Assembly: GCA_965112735.1 (NCBI GenBank) | Contig: OZ218952.1 | Location: forward strand, 2,356,001 to 2,420,000 | From: Phaeosaccion multiseriatum | Lineage: Eukaryota > Protista > Ochrophyta, other classes | Direction: 5' to 3' | DNA: 64,000 nt | Shown: one piece after another, positions 1 to 12,301 of the stretch | How positions within the stretch are numbered: position 1 is the first letter of the stretch | Layout of the letters: each line of letters begins with the position of its first letter | The notes under the pieces: model-generated | What the model was told of the DNA's origin: nothing | Database searches by the model: none | The model's input: the letters and a program-made list of their open reading frames with translations, nothing else | Position numbers and translations under genes: made by a program

Positions 1-1151
1 TCTCCTTTTTCTCCTGCTCGACCCTCTTCTGCGTGGTGACGGCGGGTGGTGACTGAGCCACCGCCACGGGAGGTCTCGGCATTGCTGATGAGTCGTCGTT
101 GTCTTCTCCACCTCGCCCGCCGGTTCTTAAGCCTCTTGCTCCTCCTCCTCCTCTGCCTGTTGCTCCTACTATTGCTCCTCCTCCTTCTCCTCCTCCTCCT
201 CCTTCTTCTTCTTCTCCTCCTCCTCCTCCTCCTCCTCCTCCTCCTCCTCCTCCTCCTCCTCCTCCTCCTCGCCCTCCCTCTACTGCTGTACCTGCTGCTG
301 TTCCCACAACCGGAGTGGTCTCGCTACTCTTGCTGTCGTCGTCGTCGTCGTGCTCGCTGCTGTCTAGAGCGTCAGCATCATCCGTAGAGCCATCGTCGCT
401 CTCCGCGCTGCGACCGTAACGCTCGGGGTCGATGGTGCCCAGGGCAACCTCTTTCGACAACTGCTGCTCCTCCTGCTGCTGCCTCTCCTGCTCACCCCTC
501 CATGCCTCCCCCTCCCAAGGGTACACGAACCAACGCAATGCCTCGTCCTCCTCCCCCATCACCTCCCCCGGATTGGAGGCCTTGACCTCCTTCTTATTCC
601 CTCCCCCATCCCCTCCCTGCAGGCTGCTCAGCGTCTCTTCCGCCGTCCGCTTCACCCCCTCGAAAAGGGCCTCCTCGCTCTGTCCATCCGCTTCAGCCGG
701 CGCCAAAGGCAGTCCCTTGGAGAGGAGTGATGGTGATGATGACGATGATGCTGATGATGACGTGCCGCCAGCGCCAACAATAGTGGGAGGAGGAGGACGG
801 GCAGCGGCGGCGCTTGCCCCGAAATTCCCCAACCACACACGCTCCGGAAACCTCGAGAACCTGGACTGGTGCTTCCACTCCCCTGTCTTATGGTTGGGGC
901 GATACTGCGAGAGGAAGCAGTGTCCATGCGAGGCCACAAACTCCACGGCGCTCAGAATGAAGTCGACTTCTGCGTCGGAGGCAAAGTAGGCGAGCGAGAA
1001 GCGCGTGAAGCCGGGGCGGAGGAGCTCGCGCTTCCTGAGAAGGGCCGCCTCCAGCGCGCGAGTTTGTGCCTCGTCCATGCCCAGCAGGGCCTGTGCGTAC
1101 GGACCGGCACACATGCAGCCGCCTCGGCTTTGAATGCCAAACAGGTCTGCG

Positions 1152-1213
<62 letters not shown>

Positions 1214-2973
1214 GGGCAGGGAAAGCGCGCGTTGCGGAGGGGGTGACAAGGAGAAAGACAAGGGACGAAGGAGGCGAATACGGGGGGGTGGTGGTGAGGG
1301 AAGTAGCTTGGGCCATTAGCACTTCACAAGCTGGGTGCCTTCCCACTCTCTCTCACAGAGGCTGTCGCTCTTCTTTGACAACACTCACCGTTCAGAAGGG
1401 CACCCACGAAATTGTAGTGGAGGAACTTGTTGGGCCGCGCAACCCCAGCAGCAGCGGCACCATCCCCACCTCCACCAACCCCACCAAGCGAACCATCTTC
1501 GGCGCCTCCTTTGCCGTGCGGGTCATCTCTCCTGATGAGAAAGCTCAGGATGGGCAATCTCGCCGCCGCCAGGTTCCCGAGGAGAGCAATACTGGGGTGG
1601 GAGGATAGCCTCCTCAGCGCCAGTTGGGCCAGCTGCTCCTCTCGCTGCTCGATGGCCTGCACACCCATGCGGGTCTTGAGCTGCATGACGAGGCCGAGGC
1701 GGATGGCGCCCAAGATGTCCGGTGTGCCCCCTTCCTCCCTCTCCTCTCGGTTGCTCAAGTAGCGGTGGTCCTCGGCAGTCACAAAGAAGACCGTGCCACC
1801 CCCGGGCGCGCTGGGGACGGGGTTGGCGAGTAACCGCTTCTTGATCACCATGACGCCAGGGCTGCCCGGCCCACCCACGAACTTGTGCCCCGAGAAAAAG
1901 ATGCCATCCTTGTACACGTAGGGGGCGTCCTCTCCGGGAAGGATGGGGTTCATGTCCATAGGCACATAGGGTGCCGCAGTGGCGTAGTCCCAAAAGGACA
2001 GCGCCCCCTCTCTGTGCAGTAGCGCAGTGACGGCATTGACGTTGGCGAGCACTCCCGTCAGATTCGAGGCGGCGCAGAAGGAGCCGATTTTGAGGGGCCG
2101 ATTGCGGTAGCGCCGGAGCTTCTCGCTGAGATCAGCCAAATCAATGCCTCCACCATCGTCACCGCCACCCTCCCCATCGTCCCCATGCCCCCCCTCCTCT
2201 CCCTCTCCCGGTCGTGGTCGTCGGCGTCGTCGCCCAATGCGCACCTCCCTGATGACCACCACCTCCGCGTGCGACTCCCGCCAGGGCAGCAGGTTGGAGT
2301 GGTGCTCCCACGGGCCCACAAAGACCACGGGTCGGGAGCAACTAGAGTCGTCGTCGTCCTCCGCAGCAGCAGAACCCGCCGCAGGAGGAGGAGAAGAGGC
2401 TGTAGAATGGTGCAGGCCGAGGATAGACACCAGCTTTGTGACCGCCGCTGTGCAGCCGCTACCCGTGAACAAGACGACGTCCTCCGCTGCCCGACCGCTA
2501 ATCTTGGCTTTGGTGGCCTCTGCCACGATCTGACGAGCTTCTTGACGGAAGCACGTGGTCTGAACCCCCGTAACGGAAGTCGAGGTGTGCGTGCTGCCGT
2601 ACATGGGCAGCACTTGCTCCATCATGAACGACTCAATGTGGCGCAAGGCCCGCCCCGTCGCCGTCCAATCCGCGTACACTAGAGGCTTGGGGCCAAAAGG
2701 GGTCGGGAACGCTCTATTGCGCCCCACGAGCTCCTCCCGGAGAGATCTGCATGCTTCTTTGAACGCGTTAGTAGCTCCTCCTTCGCCGCTACTACCGCCA
2801 ATGCCCCCTGTGCCAATGCTGTAGTCATCATCCGCTTCTTGGCTCCGCTCCTCCTTTCGTTCTGGCTGCTCGCCCGCCCCCGACCCCTCCAGCGCCTCTT
2901 CCATGCCTCCGAAAGTGCGGCCATGACTCTCATCAACCCCTCCCCCCGCTTCCTCCAGCTGCAAGCGTCCCAT
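1..2973 (-). CDS. Class V PLP-dependent aminotransferase / cysteine desulfurase-like protein; 2 exons visible, 3' end runs off the window
   Basis: Motifs YADWTATGR, EHHSNLLPW and SGHKF (PLP lysine). GT-AG intron 1388-1147 joins ...ALLN to DLFGIQSRGGCMCAGPY (SufS-like catalytic Cys region) and RPGFTRFSL. The frame stays open to position 1. Start at 2973 is inferred. Confidence 0.85.
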
Positions 2974-3154
2974 GCTCCCTTCTACCTTCTTCCACTGCGG
3001 CCGAGATCTGTGATTGGCCGCCTTCGGACAATTTGCGTAGTGGCTGCGGATGCGAAGAGAGAAAAAAAAAAATGGCAGCACAGAGATAAGGCCTTAGAGA
3101 AGGCGTTATCCCAGAGTCCGGACCCGAAGATTGTGGCCAGGAAGAGCCAGAGCC

Positions 3155-5319
3155 ATGTCGTCGGACGCCCTCGCTCTCACCAAGGACCTCAACAAGCCTC
3201 ATCGGGCACCCAAAGCTGGTACGCTATGGTCCTCCTCCTCTCCTGTGTCTCGGCTTCTGTCTTTGCATATGCCCTCCCTCTCTCTCTCTTCTCTCTTCTC
3301 TCTCCTCTCTGGGCTATATCCATATCCCCAACTTTTTCTCTGCTGTTTGCTTCCCCATACCCATCTCCTTCCCCCCCCACCCCCCCTTCCCCTTTCCCCT
3401 CCGCTCCCCCCCCTTGCTGAACCCCGCCCACCTGTTCCTTATACAAGCCTCTTACTATACTGTGCCGCCCATTTCTTTCCCGCACTGTCTACACAGGCTC
3501 CAAGGCCAAGAAGAAGGATGAGAAGGGCGGGAAGAAGGAGCGGTCCAACCCTCGGGCCTTCGGAGTCGCCAACGTCGGACGCACCAAGAGAACCCTCCAA
3601 CGGAACCTTGACATTGCGCAGAGGAAGGAGTATGTGCCCTTGGTGAGTCGGTTGGGTGGAGGGGGTGGTATTACATGCGTAAAAGTGTTGTTTCTGTCCG
3701 TCGTCCTTGCTGTGCCCTGCAAGCGAAGCACAGCACTTCACTCTAAAACCTCTCTCGTCGCGTCGGTGGTGGTGGTATGTATGTGTGTGTGTCGCAACCA
3801 CAAACAGGTGGACAGGCAGGAAGAGGTGCCCCCTCCCATCATGGTGTGTGTGATGGGACCCTCGGGCTGTGGCAAGAGCACCCTCATCCGCAGCCTCATC
3901 AAGTATTACACGAAACACAACCTCAGCACCTCCGTCACCGGGCCCATCACCGTGGTGGGGGGCAAGAAGAAGCGCCTGACTTTCTTCGAGTGCCCGAACG
4001 ATCTTGCAGGCATGCTCGATATGGCCAAGGTAAACACAGACGCATAGACAAATGGGAGAGAGAGGAGAGAGAGAAAGAGAGACAGAGAGTGACAGAGAGA
4101 GGGAGAAAAGGAGAGAGAGAGACTTCGTATCTTTGCGTGGATATTGAAGATTCTCCTACGTCCCTCTCCCATCCCCTGCCCCTTCCCTTCCTGTGTCCCT
4201 CTCCCTCCCCTCCCCCCGCCCGTCTTAAGAATCCAACTCTAATCCTCCCTCCGCCCTTCTTCGTGCCCCTGAGTGCATCACACCCACCTCCACTCCCTCA
4301 CTCCCACTCCCACTGCCTCCCTCCCTCCCTCACTCACTCACTCACTCACCCACTGCCTCCCTCCCTCACTCACTCACTTACTCACTCACCCACTGCCTCC
4401 CTCCCTCACTCACTCACTCACCCACTGCCTCCCTCCCTCCCTCACTCACTCACTCACCCACTGCCTCCCTCCCTCACTCACTCACTTACTCACTCACCCA
4501 CTGCCTCCCTCCCTCACTCACTCACTTACTCACCCACTAACTCCCTCCCTCATCCACTCCCTCACTCACTCCTTCCCTCCCGCCAGGTGGCAGACTTGGT
4601 GCTGCTCATGATTGACGCGTCCTTCGGATTTGAGATGGAGACGTTTGAGTTCCTCAATATCCTTCAGGTACACGTATGAGCGGATGAAGGGAAGAGAGGG
4701 GAAGGTGCAATTGTGGGAGAAGGCATGCGCCTTGGGGAGAGTGGGGGGGAAGGGGTATGAAAGAGAGACACGGAAGCCGAACCGCCTCTCTTCACCTCTC
4801 CCTGCGGTCCTACCCTGTCCTCCTCCTCCTCCTCCTCCTCTTCCTCCTATCTCCTCTCCTTCCCCGTTCCTCCTCCCCCTCCTCATCCCCGTCCTCCTCC
4901 TCCTCCTCCTCCTCCTCCTCCTCCTCCTCCCTGCCCCCTCCTCAGGTGCACGGCTTCCCCAAAGTGGTGGGCATCTTGTCTCACCTCGACAAGATCCCCA
5001 AGATGAAGACTTTGAAGGCCACTCGCAAGAAACTCAAGATGCGCTTCTGGACGGAGATTTACGACGGAGCAAAGATGTTCTACATGAACGGCATCCGCGG
5101 AGGGAAGGTGCGTGGAGGGGCAGAGTGGAGGGTGGAGGGTGGAGGTAGGAGCGTAGGGGTAGGTGGGTGGATGTAGGGGCAGGGCAGGGGAAGGGGCAGA
5201 GGGGCTGGGTGTCCAATACCTGTCGCTCTTGTCGGTATAAACATCTTATCGCACCACCTCCATCCCCCTCTCTCTGTCTCTCTCCCTCGCTCCCTCTCTG
5301 CCTCTTCCTTCCACAACTC

Positions 5320-5354
<35 letters not shown>

Positions 5355-6605
5355 CAGTACAACAAGGGCGAGATCCGCAACCTTGCTCTGTACGCCTCGC
5401 GTCTCAAGTTCCGCCCTCTGGTGTGGCGCAACACGCATCCCTTCGTGGTGGTAGACCGCCACGAGGACATCACAGATCCGGTGCGGCTGGAGGAGGACGA
5501 GAGCGTGGACAGGGACGTGGTCATGTACGGTTACGTGAGGGGCACGCACCTCAAGCTCGGCACCAAGGTCAGGCGTATGTGGTGTGTGGCCTGGCCCGCG
5601 TATGTGTAGTGTGGTCCGTGTGTGATGTGTGTGTGTGAATCTTCTTCTTGTTGTTGTTGTTGTTGTTGTTGTTCTTGTTCTTGTTTTTGTTGTCCACTCT
5701 GTCCTCACTTGCTGCTGTCGGGCCCTCACCTCTTGTTGCGTGTGTGCGTGTGTTATTGCGTGTGCAGGTGCACGTGATTGGGGCCGGTGACTACGAGATG
5801 TCGGACCTGTCGGTGCTGCCCGACCCCTGCCCTCTGCCCTTCAACGCGGGCAAAGCCGCCCACAGGTACGAAAACAATGAATGCTGTTGCGAAGGCGGCA
5901 CAAAGCTTGCCAAGCTTGCCAAGCCAGACAAACCGACGCCAGAGGACAGAGGGACAAACAGACGCAGCAGGACGTAGGAGCCGAAAGGCCTCATCCCCTC
6001 CCTGTCCCTCCCTCTCTGTCTCTTACACCACTCTCTCTCTCTCTTCTCGTGCTTGGCTCCTTCCCTCCCCCCCCCTCTCTCTGCAGGACCCTGAACACCA
6101 AGGAGAGCTTGCTGTACGCACCCATGTCCGACGTGGGCAACGTGGTGATGGACAGAGACGCCCTCTACATTGACCTCCCCAGAGTCAACTTCACGGACAA
6201 GTCGCAGCTGCAGAGGGAAGGGAAGGGTGGTATGGATGTCGACGATAGTGATGATAGTGCGAGTAGTGAGGACGAAGAGGAGGAGGAGGATGAGGAGGAG
6301 GCAGACAGGGAAGGCGGTACTGCCATCGTCAAAGGGCTCCAAAGGTAACTGCTTCGCGCCCTCTGTCTCTGTGTGTGTCTCTCCCTCTCTCTGTGCGCGT
6401 TTGTGTGTTTCTGCTATTTTCGTGCGCTTCGTCTTGCTTGGTCACGCCTCTCAATGCGTCTGTGCCTCTCTCTCTCTCTCCGTTCCCCTCTCGAAAAGGA
6501 TGCGGCGGCCTGTGGATGAGCGCATGGGGCATAGCTCTCTCAAGCTCTTCAGCGGCAGCGCAGCGGTCAAGGCTGAGGATGTGCAGGGTTTTGGAAGGGA
6601 AGAGG

Positions 6606-6636
<31 letters not shown>

Positions 6637-8151
6637 GGAAGACTCCGAGGATGAGGACGGCGACGACGAGGACGACAGCGAGGGAGATGAAGAGAGCGGG
6701 GAGGAGGGAGACAGGGCGGCAGCAGGGAATGGCCGGAGAAAGATGCCGAGGTGAGGTGGGGAGTGGAGCCACCCCTGAGGGCGTGTGCGTAGACTTTGAG
6801 TGATGAGGGCGCGTTGCTCGCCTCGCAGCCTCGTCTTGAGCTTGTTGCTATCGAAGACCTACTTGAGCTGACGATGACCTTCCTACGTGTCTTGTGTTGT
6901 TGTTTGGTGTGGTCCTTGTGTTTGGGTTTTGTGGATGGGCAGGGAAACGAGTGTGGCAGACGCAAATGGGAGAGTGCGAAGAAAAGCTCTGTTCGACGGC
7001 GACGACGAGGAGGGCGAGGGTAGCAGTGAGGAGAGCAGTGGAGATAGCAGCGATGAGGAGGGCAACAACGCAACAGGGGCTTCCACTCGATGGAAGGAGG
7101 GTATGGCAGAGAGAGCCGCTGCCAACTTCCTGCAGCGGCAGGCGAGAGTCAATATGCAGGATTTAGTGTACGGCAAGGCCAATCCAAGTGGGGCCGGGGA
7201 GAGTAGCGGGGATGAGGGAGAGGAGGGAGAGGAGGAGGACGATGGAGAGTTCTTCAAAGCGGTCAACAAGACAGGACGGCAGGACGGGGATGCCGATGAA
7301 CAAGGAGGGGGAGGGCAGGGAGGACAGGGAGGGGTAGGAGGAGGAGGAGGAGGAGGAGGAGGAGGAGGAGGAGGAGGAGGAGGAGACTCGAGCAAATGCC
7401 GCTACGACGCTTCAGAGCACAACTGCGCAAAGTGGGAGGAGGAAGGGGAGGGCAGCGCGATTGAGGCCATTCGAAACAAGTTTGTAACGGGCGATTGGGG
7501 AAAGTCTCAGAGGATGGAAGATGGAGAGGGGGGCGATGACGCCACTGACACCCTCAACGACGACGCCTTATATGGCGACTTTGAAGACCTCGAGACTGGA
7601 GAGAAATTCGGTCAAGGCAGTGGGGGGGGGGGAGGGGAGGGAGGGAGCGAGGAGGAGGAGGAGGAGGAGGAGGAAGATAGCGAGGAGGAGAATGAGCGGC
7701 TTGATAAGGAGATGGTCAAGACGCTGGACGAGCTTCGAGCAGAGAATGCGAGCAGCAAGGCGGCGGCCAAGAGTATATTTGATGATGCGTATGACCGCAA
7801 GAAGGAGGGCGGCAAGGGTAGGAAGAAGGGCAAGAAGGGGGGTGGTGATGATGATGATGATGATGACGACGAAGACGGTGATGGTGACGGGCTGGGCGAC
7901 GGCAGCGGCCGCAAGAAGAGTGCCATGATTGATGACGAGATTGACGTTGAGTTCTTGGAGAAGGCAAAGGCCCTCAAGGAGGCCCAGCAGGCCATCAATA
8001 GGAGCGCCTTCGAGGGGGAGCACGAGGCCGCGAGAGTGAGGCTCGAGGGCGCGAGGCAGGGCTTGTACGTGCGCATGGTCTTTCACGGACTGCCCAGCGA
8101 CTTTGTCAACAACTTTCGGTGAGGAAGGAGGGGAAGAGTTGAACATGCTTT

Positions 8152-8183
<32 letters not shown>

Positions 8184-11100
8184 GCTGTTGTTGTTATTCT
8201 TTTGTACCTCTCCTTAACCTCTTCTCCTCCCTTCCTCTCCCCTCCCCTCCTCTCCCCTCCCCTCCTCTCTCCTCCCCTCCCACCCCACCCCCACCCCCAG
8301 ACCTGAGGCTCCTCTGGTCGTGGGCGGTCTCCAGCCACACGAGACCAACATGGGCTTCATCCGCTGCCGAGTGAAACGTCACCGCTGGTTCGGACGCACC
8401 CTCAAGTCGCACGATCCTCTCGTGTTCAGCGTGGGATGGAGACGGTTTCAGAGCATGCCCATCTACGGATTGGAGGACGAGACCGTGGGGAGAGACCGCT
8501 TTCTCAAGTATACGCCGGAGCACATGCACTGCAACGCCTTCTTCTATGGGCCCCTCGTGCCGATCAACACCGGCCTGTTGGGCTTTCAGAGCCTGGCCAA
8601 GTACACGCCCGGCTTTCGGATAAGCTTGACGGTGAGTTACAGTCTCGTAGTAGTTGGGAGATTCGAACCACGTTTTCTTTCACCCCCCGGCCGGGCGCGC
8701 ACGTGCTCTCTCTCTCACTCCCCATCGCTCTCTTCCACCTCTTAGGGCGCCAGTCACATCCCTGCCGCGTCAAGGAAGTGCTTCGAAGTCCCTTCGTCTC
8801 ATCCCCGTCCTATCCCTCCCCTTCCCTGTCCCCCGTCCCCGTCCTCCGCCCACCGTCCTCTGCCCCCCGCCCCCTCTCTCTCTTCCTCTTCCCCACCCCT
8901 CCCTTCTCTTCCCCTGCCCCTTGTGTATAGGGGCTGATGCTGGAGGTGGAGCAGAAGTTCGAAGTTGTGAAGAAGCTTAAGCTTGTCGGGCACCCTACGA
9001 AGGTGTTCAAGAAGACGGCCTTCATCAAGGGCATGTTCAACTCAGAGCTGGAGGTGGCCAGGTGAGGGGGGGAGGGAGGGAGGGAGGGAGGGAGGGAGAG
9101 AGGGTCGGTGGGTGGTTGAGTTGGTGGGTGGGTGAGTGGGTGGGTGAGTGAGTAAGAGAGGGAGAGAGGGAGGGAGGGAGGGTGAGAGGGAGAGACGGAG
9201 GGAAGGAGCGACTAGGAGGGCGGGCGGGTGATTGAGTGAGTGCCAAGGGAGCGTGCATAGAGAATGTAAGGGGAGTCACATCCTCGCCCCTTCGATGCCT
9301 TCGCCGATACCGCTGCTCGCCCTCACCTTGCTTGCCCTCCCCCACTACCACCACCAACTCCCAACTCCCAACCCCAATCACCAACCACCCTTTCCTTGCT
9401 CTTCGTCGTTGTCTATCGTTGCTGCTGTTGTTTATTGGCAACAAACAAACAACCAAACAAAACAAACAAACAAAACGCACAAACATACAAACAAACAAAT
9501 AAACAAACCAACCAAACAAACAAACAAACAAACACAACAGGTTTGAAGGTGCCAGCGTGAGGACGGTATCAGGCCTGCGCGGCATCATCAAAAAGTCTCT
9601 CAAGGAGGGTTCCAACACGACCAAGAGCCTGGGGGGCGACAAGGGAGCCCCTCCGGGCACCTTCCGAGCCACGTTTGAGGACAAAATCTTGATGAGCGAC
9701 ATTGTCTTTTGCAAGCTGTGGATGCCCGTGGAGCCCAAGCGGTACTACAACCCCGTCACCTCGCTGCTGGAGAAGGAGGGAGAGTGGGCCGGGATGAAGA
9801 ACACTGCCATGCTCAGGTACGCCGTGTGGGGGTAGGTTGGTTGGTGGATGTGGGGTCGGATGGGGGGTGGATGGGTGGTTGGGTGCATCCATGTGTGGGT
9901 GTGGGTGTGGGTGCGTGTGTGGGGTCGGAAGTGGAAGTGTCCGTCCCTAGTTCATGTGGTTGGGTCGGGTCGGGCTGTTCCCCGGGCCAAGGCTAAGGTC
10001 GCCCCCCACGCAAGGCCATGGCAGCCCCTCCCTCTGCTTGGCGGCAGATGGAGTGCCTGTCAGTCGTCCGTGGTAATGGAGCCTCTCTCCTTGTATTCAA
10101 ACCCACTCGGCCGAGAGCGGCCTGGCAGCCGGGTTGACGGATGGCAGTGGATGGATGGACGATAGAGGCGGGAAGTGCCTATGGAAGGAAGGGGCTTTGC
10201 TTGCCCGTCTAAACCCCTTGTGCTGTGCTGTGCTGTGCTCTGGTCTTCGCTGTTGTCATCAGGCGTGAGAAGAAGCTGGCAGTGCCGGTGGAGAAGGACT
10301 CCTTGTACAAGCCCATCACGCGGCACACGAGGCATTTCAACCCGCTCTCCATCCCCAAGCGCCTGCAGGCCGACCTTCCCTTCGCCAGCAAGCCCAAGCA
10401 GCTCAAGAAGGTGCGTGCGTGCGTGAGGGGGGGGGAGGGCGCGCCGTCCTTGATTGCTTTGCCAGTGGAGTGGATCAAATCCCCCCCCCCCCCCAAAGTC
10501 GTCCTTGTCTTTCCTTTGTAGGGGGGCTGGTTCGGTTTGGGCTGGGCGGGGGGGTGTATACGTGTATGGAACCACGCACTTCCTCGTCTCCCTCTCTCAC
10601 GGGACTGGACTCGCCCTAGGCTGTGGCTCTCTGTGGTTCTGTCCGGCTCTTTTGTCTACCCACTCGTGCGTCTCGAGAGCTATGGGCGCCTTGTGTGGTG
10701 GTCACGTTCTATCGCTTGTCCCTCTTAACCTCCTTCTGCTGCGCTGCTGCGCTGCTGCTCCGCATACCTCGCTCCTCTTCTCCACCGCGCCGCACAGGGA
10801 CAGAAGGGCGGAGGCTACCTCCAGAAGAGGGCGGTGGTGATGGAGGCAGGCGAAAAGAGGAAAGTCGCGCTGCTGCAAGCCCTGTCTACCATCCGCAATG
10901 ATAAGGTCAGTCAAGGTGTAGAGAGTCTAGTTTGTGCGCAAAGGAGAGTCTTGGGGACGGGGGCTTGTTTGTCTAGGCTCCGACAAACACAAACACACAT
11001 ATATACACACACACACTGAGCACACGTGCACGCGCGTAGTGGCTCCTCTCGCTCCTGGTTTAATCACGCTCGATTCAATGTGTTGCTGCCATTTGTTGCT

Positions 11101-11357
11101 TGGACTCGCATCCGCACAGGTGGCCGTACGCAAGGCGTCCAACAAGAGGAGGAGGGACGACAAGATGAAGAAGATGGTGAGGGAGGGTCGCAGAGTCGCA
11201 GGGGGGCAGAGAGTTTTTTCGGGGGGGGGGGGCTCCTCGGCCCTTGGTCTGCTGTCCCCAGCGTCACCATCGGCACGAGACGGGACGTTTGGCTGGGACT
11301 GTCTGTCTACCACAGTAGGAAAGAGTCCCCGCCGCCCCAGCTCTATCCTTGCACCCA

Positions 11358-11392
<35 letters not shown>

Positions 11393-11741
11393 ACTGAACT
11401 ACCGAGCCGTCCTTTATCACCGTGTGGCCGACCGTGTGATCGGCCCTGGACAGGACTGCAGCGGCCGGTCGCCGGCCATGAGCCGAATCCGCTCCGGGCT
11501 CGCGCGGGCCATCAGCTGAAATCCGGCCGGCCCATAGGCTTATAATCCTGTCCGAGGCCGAGTGTGACCGACCGACAGTGTGACTTGACCGACTGACCCC
11601 CTGCTCCCTCTCCTGCGGCGCTTGCCTTCCCCACAGGCCATGGAGAAGGACGCCTTCGCAGAGGTGCACAAGGACGCCAAGAAGAAGAAGTTCCGCGCCA
11701 TGGGGCAGGAGCAGGCCAGGAGAGCAAGGAATGAGGGATGA
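3155..11741 (+). CDS. BMS1: Ribosome biogenesis GTPase BMS1, multi-exon
   Basis: P-loop GPSGCGKS, KKRLTFFECPND, ADLVLLMIDASFGFEMETFEFLNILQVHGFPK, WRNTHP, RNKFVTGDW, KRHRWF...DPLVFSVGWRRFQS, KYTPEHMHC, FRATFEDKILMSDIVF. GT-AG introns splice in frame to TGA at 11739-11741. Confidence 0.97.
4285..4575. repeat. Intronic compound minisatellite built from CCACTGCCT(CCCT)n(CACT)n units
   Basis: About six copies of the unit directly upstream of the acceptor at 4586. Confidence 0.85.
11440..11561. mobile_element. Candidate MITE in the last BMS1 intron
   Basis: Imperfect ~20-bp terminal inverted repeats (TCGGCCCTGGACAGGACTGCA versus reverse complement TCGGCCTCGGACAGGATTATA), flanked on both sides by GTGTGA. 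Confidence 0.5.
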
Positions 11742-12301
11742 AAAGGGAAAGGGGGCAAATATACTCAACCTTACACTGGCAGTATCAGGCGAAATGAGGG
11801 GGGAGGGCGGAGAAAATACGTAGTATTATTTTCCGACCGTTGGCCAAAAAAAGGAGAAAAAAAACATTTGAGGAAATTTTCCCCGCCTGCGGCACCACCC
11901 CTCTGCTCCCACTGGCTGCGCGACAGAGTAAAGGGACAGATGAGAAGATGATTCATCCTGAAGTCACTTCCCTTTCAAATTTCCAGACCTTGAGTTTTCT
12001 GTAATTTTGGGGCCCCCGCCCGCCACCCCCGGCTCCCCGGCCCGAGCGGCGTTCCCCCCCTCAAGTAATGCCCTCACAGAATCCGGCGGGCCTACTTTGC
12101 CAACCCCTGGTGACCCCCGTCGCGCCCCTCAGGTGCGGAAGAGACGTGCGGCCCGGGTACGGCTGTTGAAGGTTACCCCTCATAGAAGGATTAAATACAG
12201 CTGGTAAACATCAGCAGGGTGGGCCGTGATACTGTAGCAGGCTCTGTTGCCTCTCTCCCTCTGTCGGTTGAGCATGGCCTTTCTTGAAAAGTAGTACAAG
12301 G

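Noticed and set aside
46-989. Poly-Leu and poly-Pro ORFs on the plus strand
   Set aside because: Antisense shadows of the (GGA)n-containing minus-strand exon.
8640-8675. GGTTCGAATC (tRNA T-loop-like) on the minus strand
   Set aside because: No T-stem, acceptor stem or cloverleaf can be formed around it.
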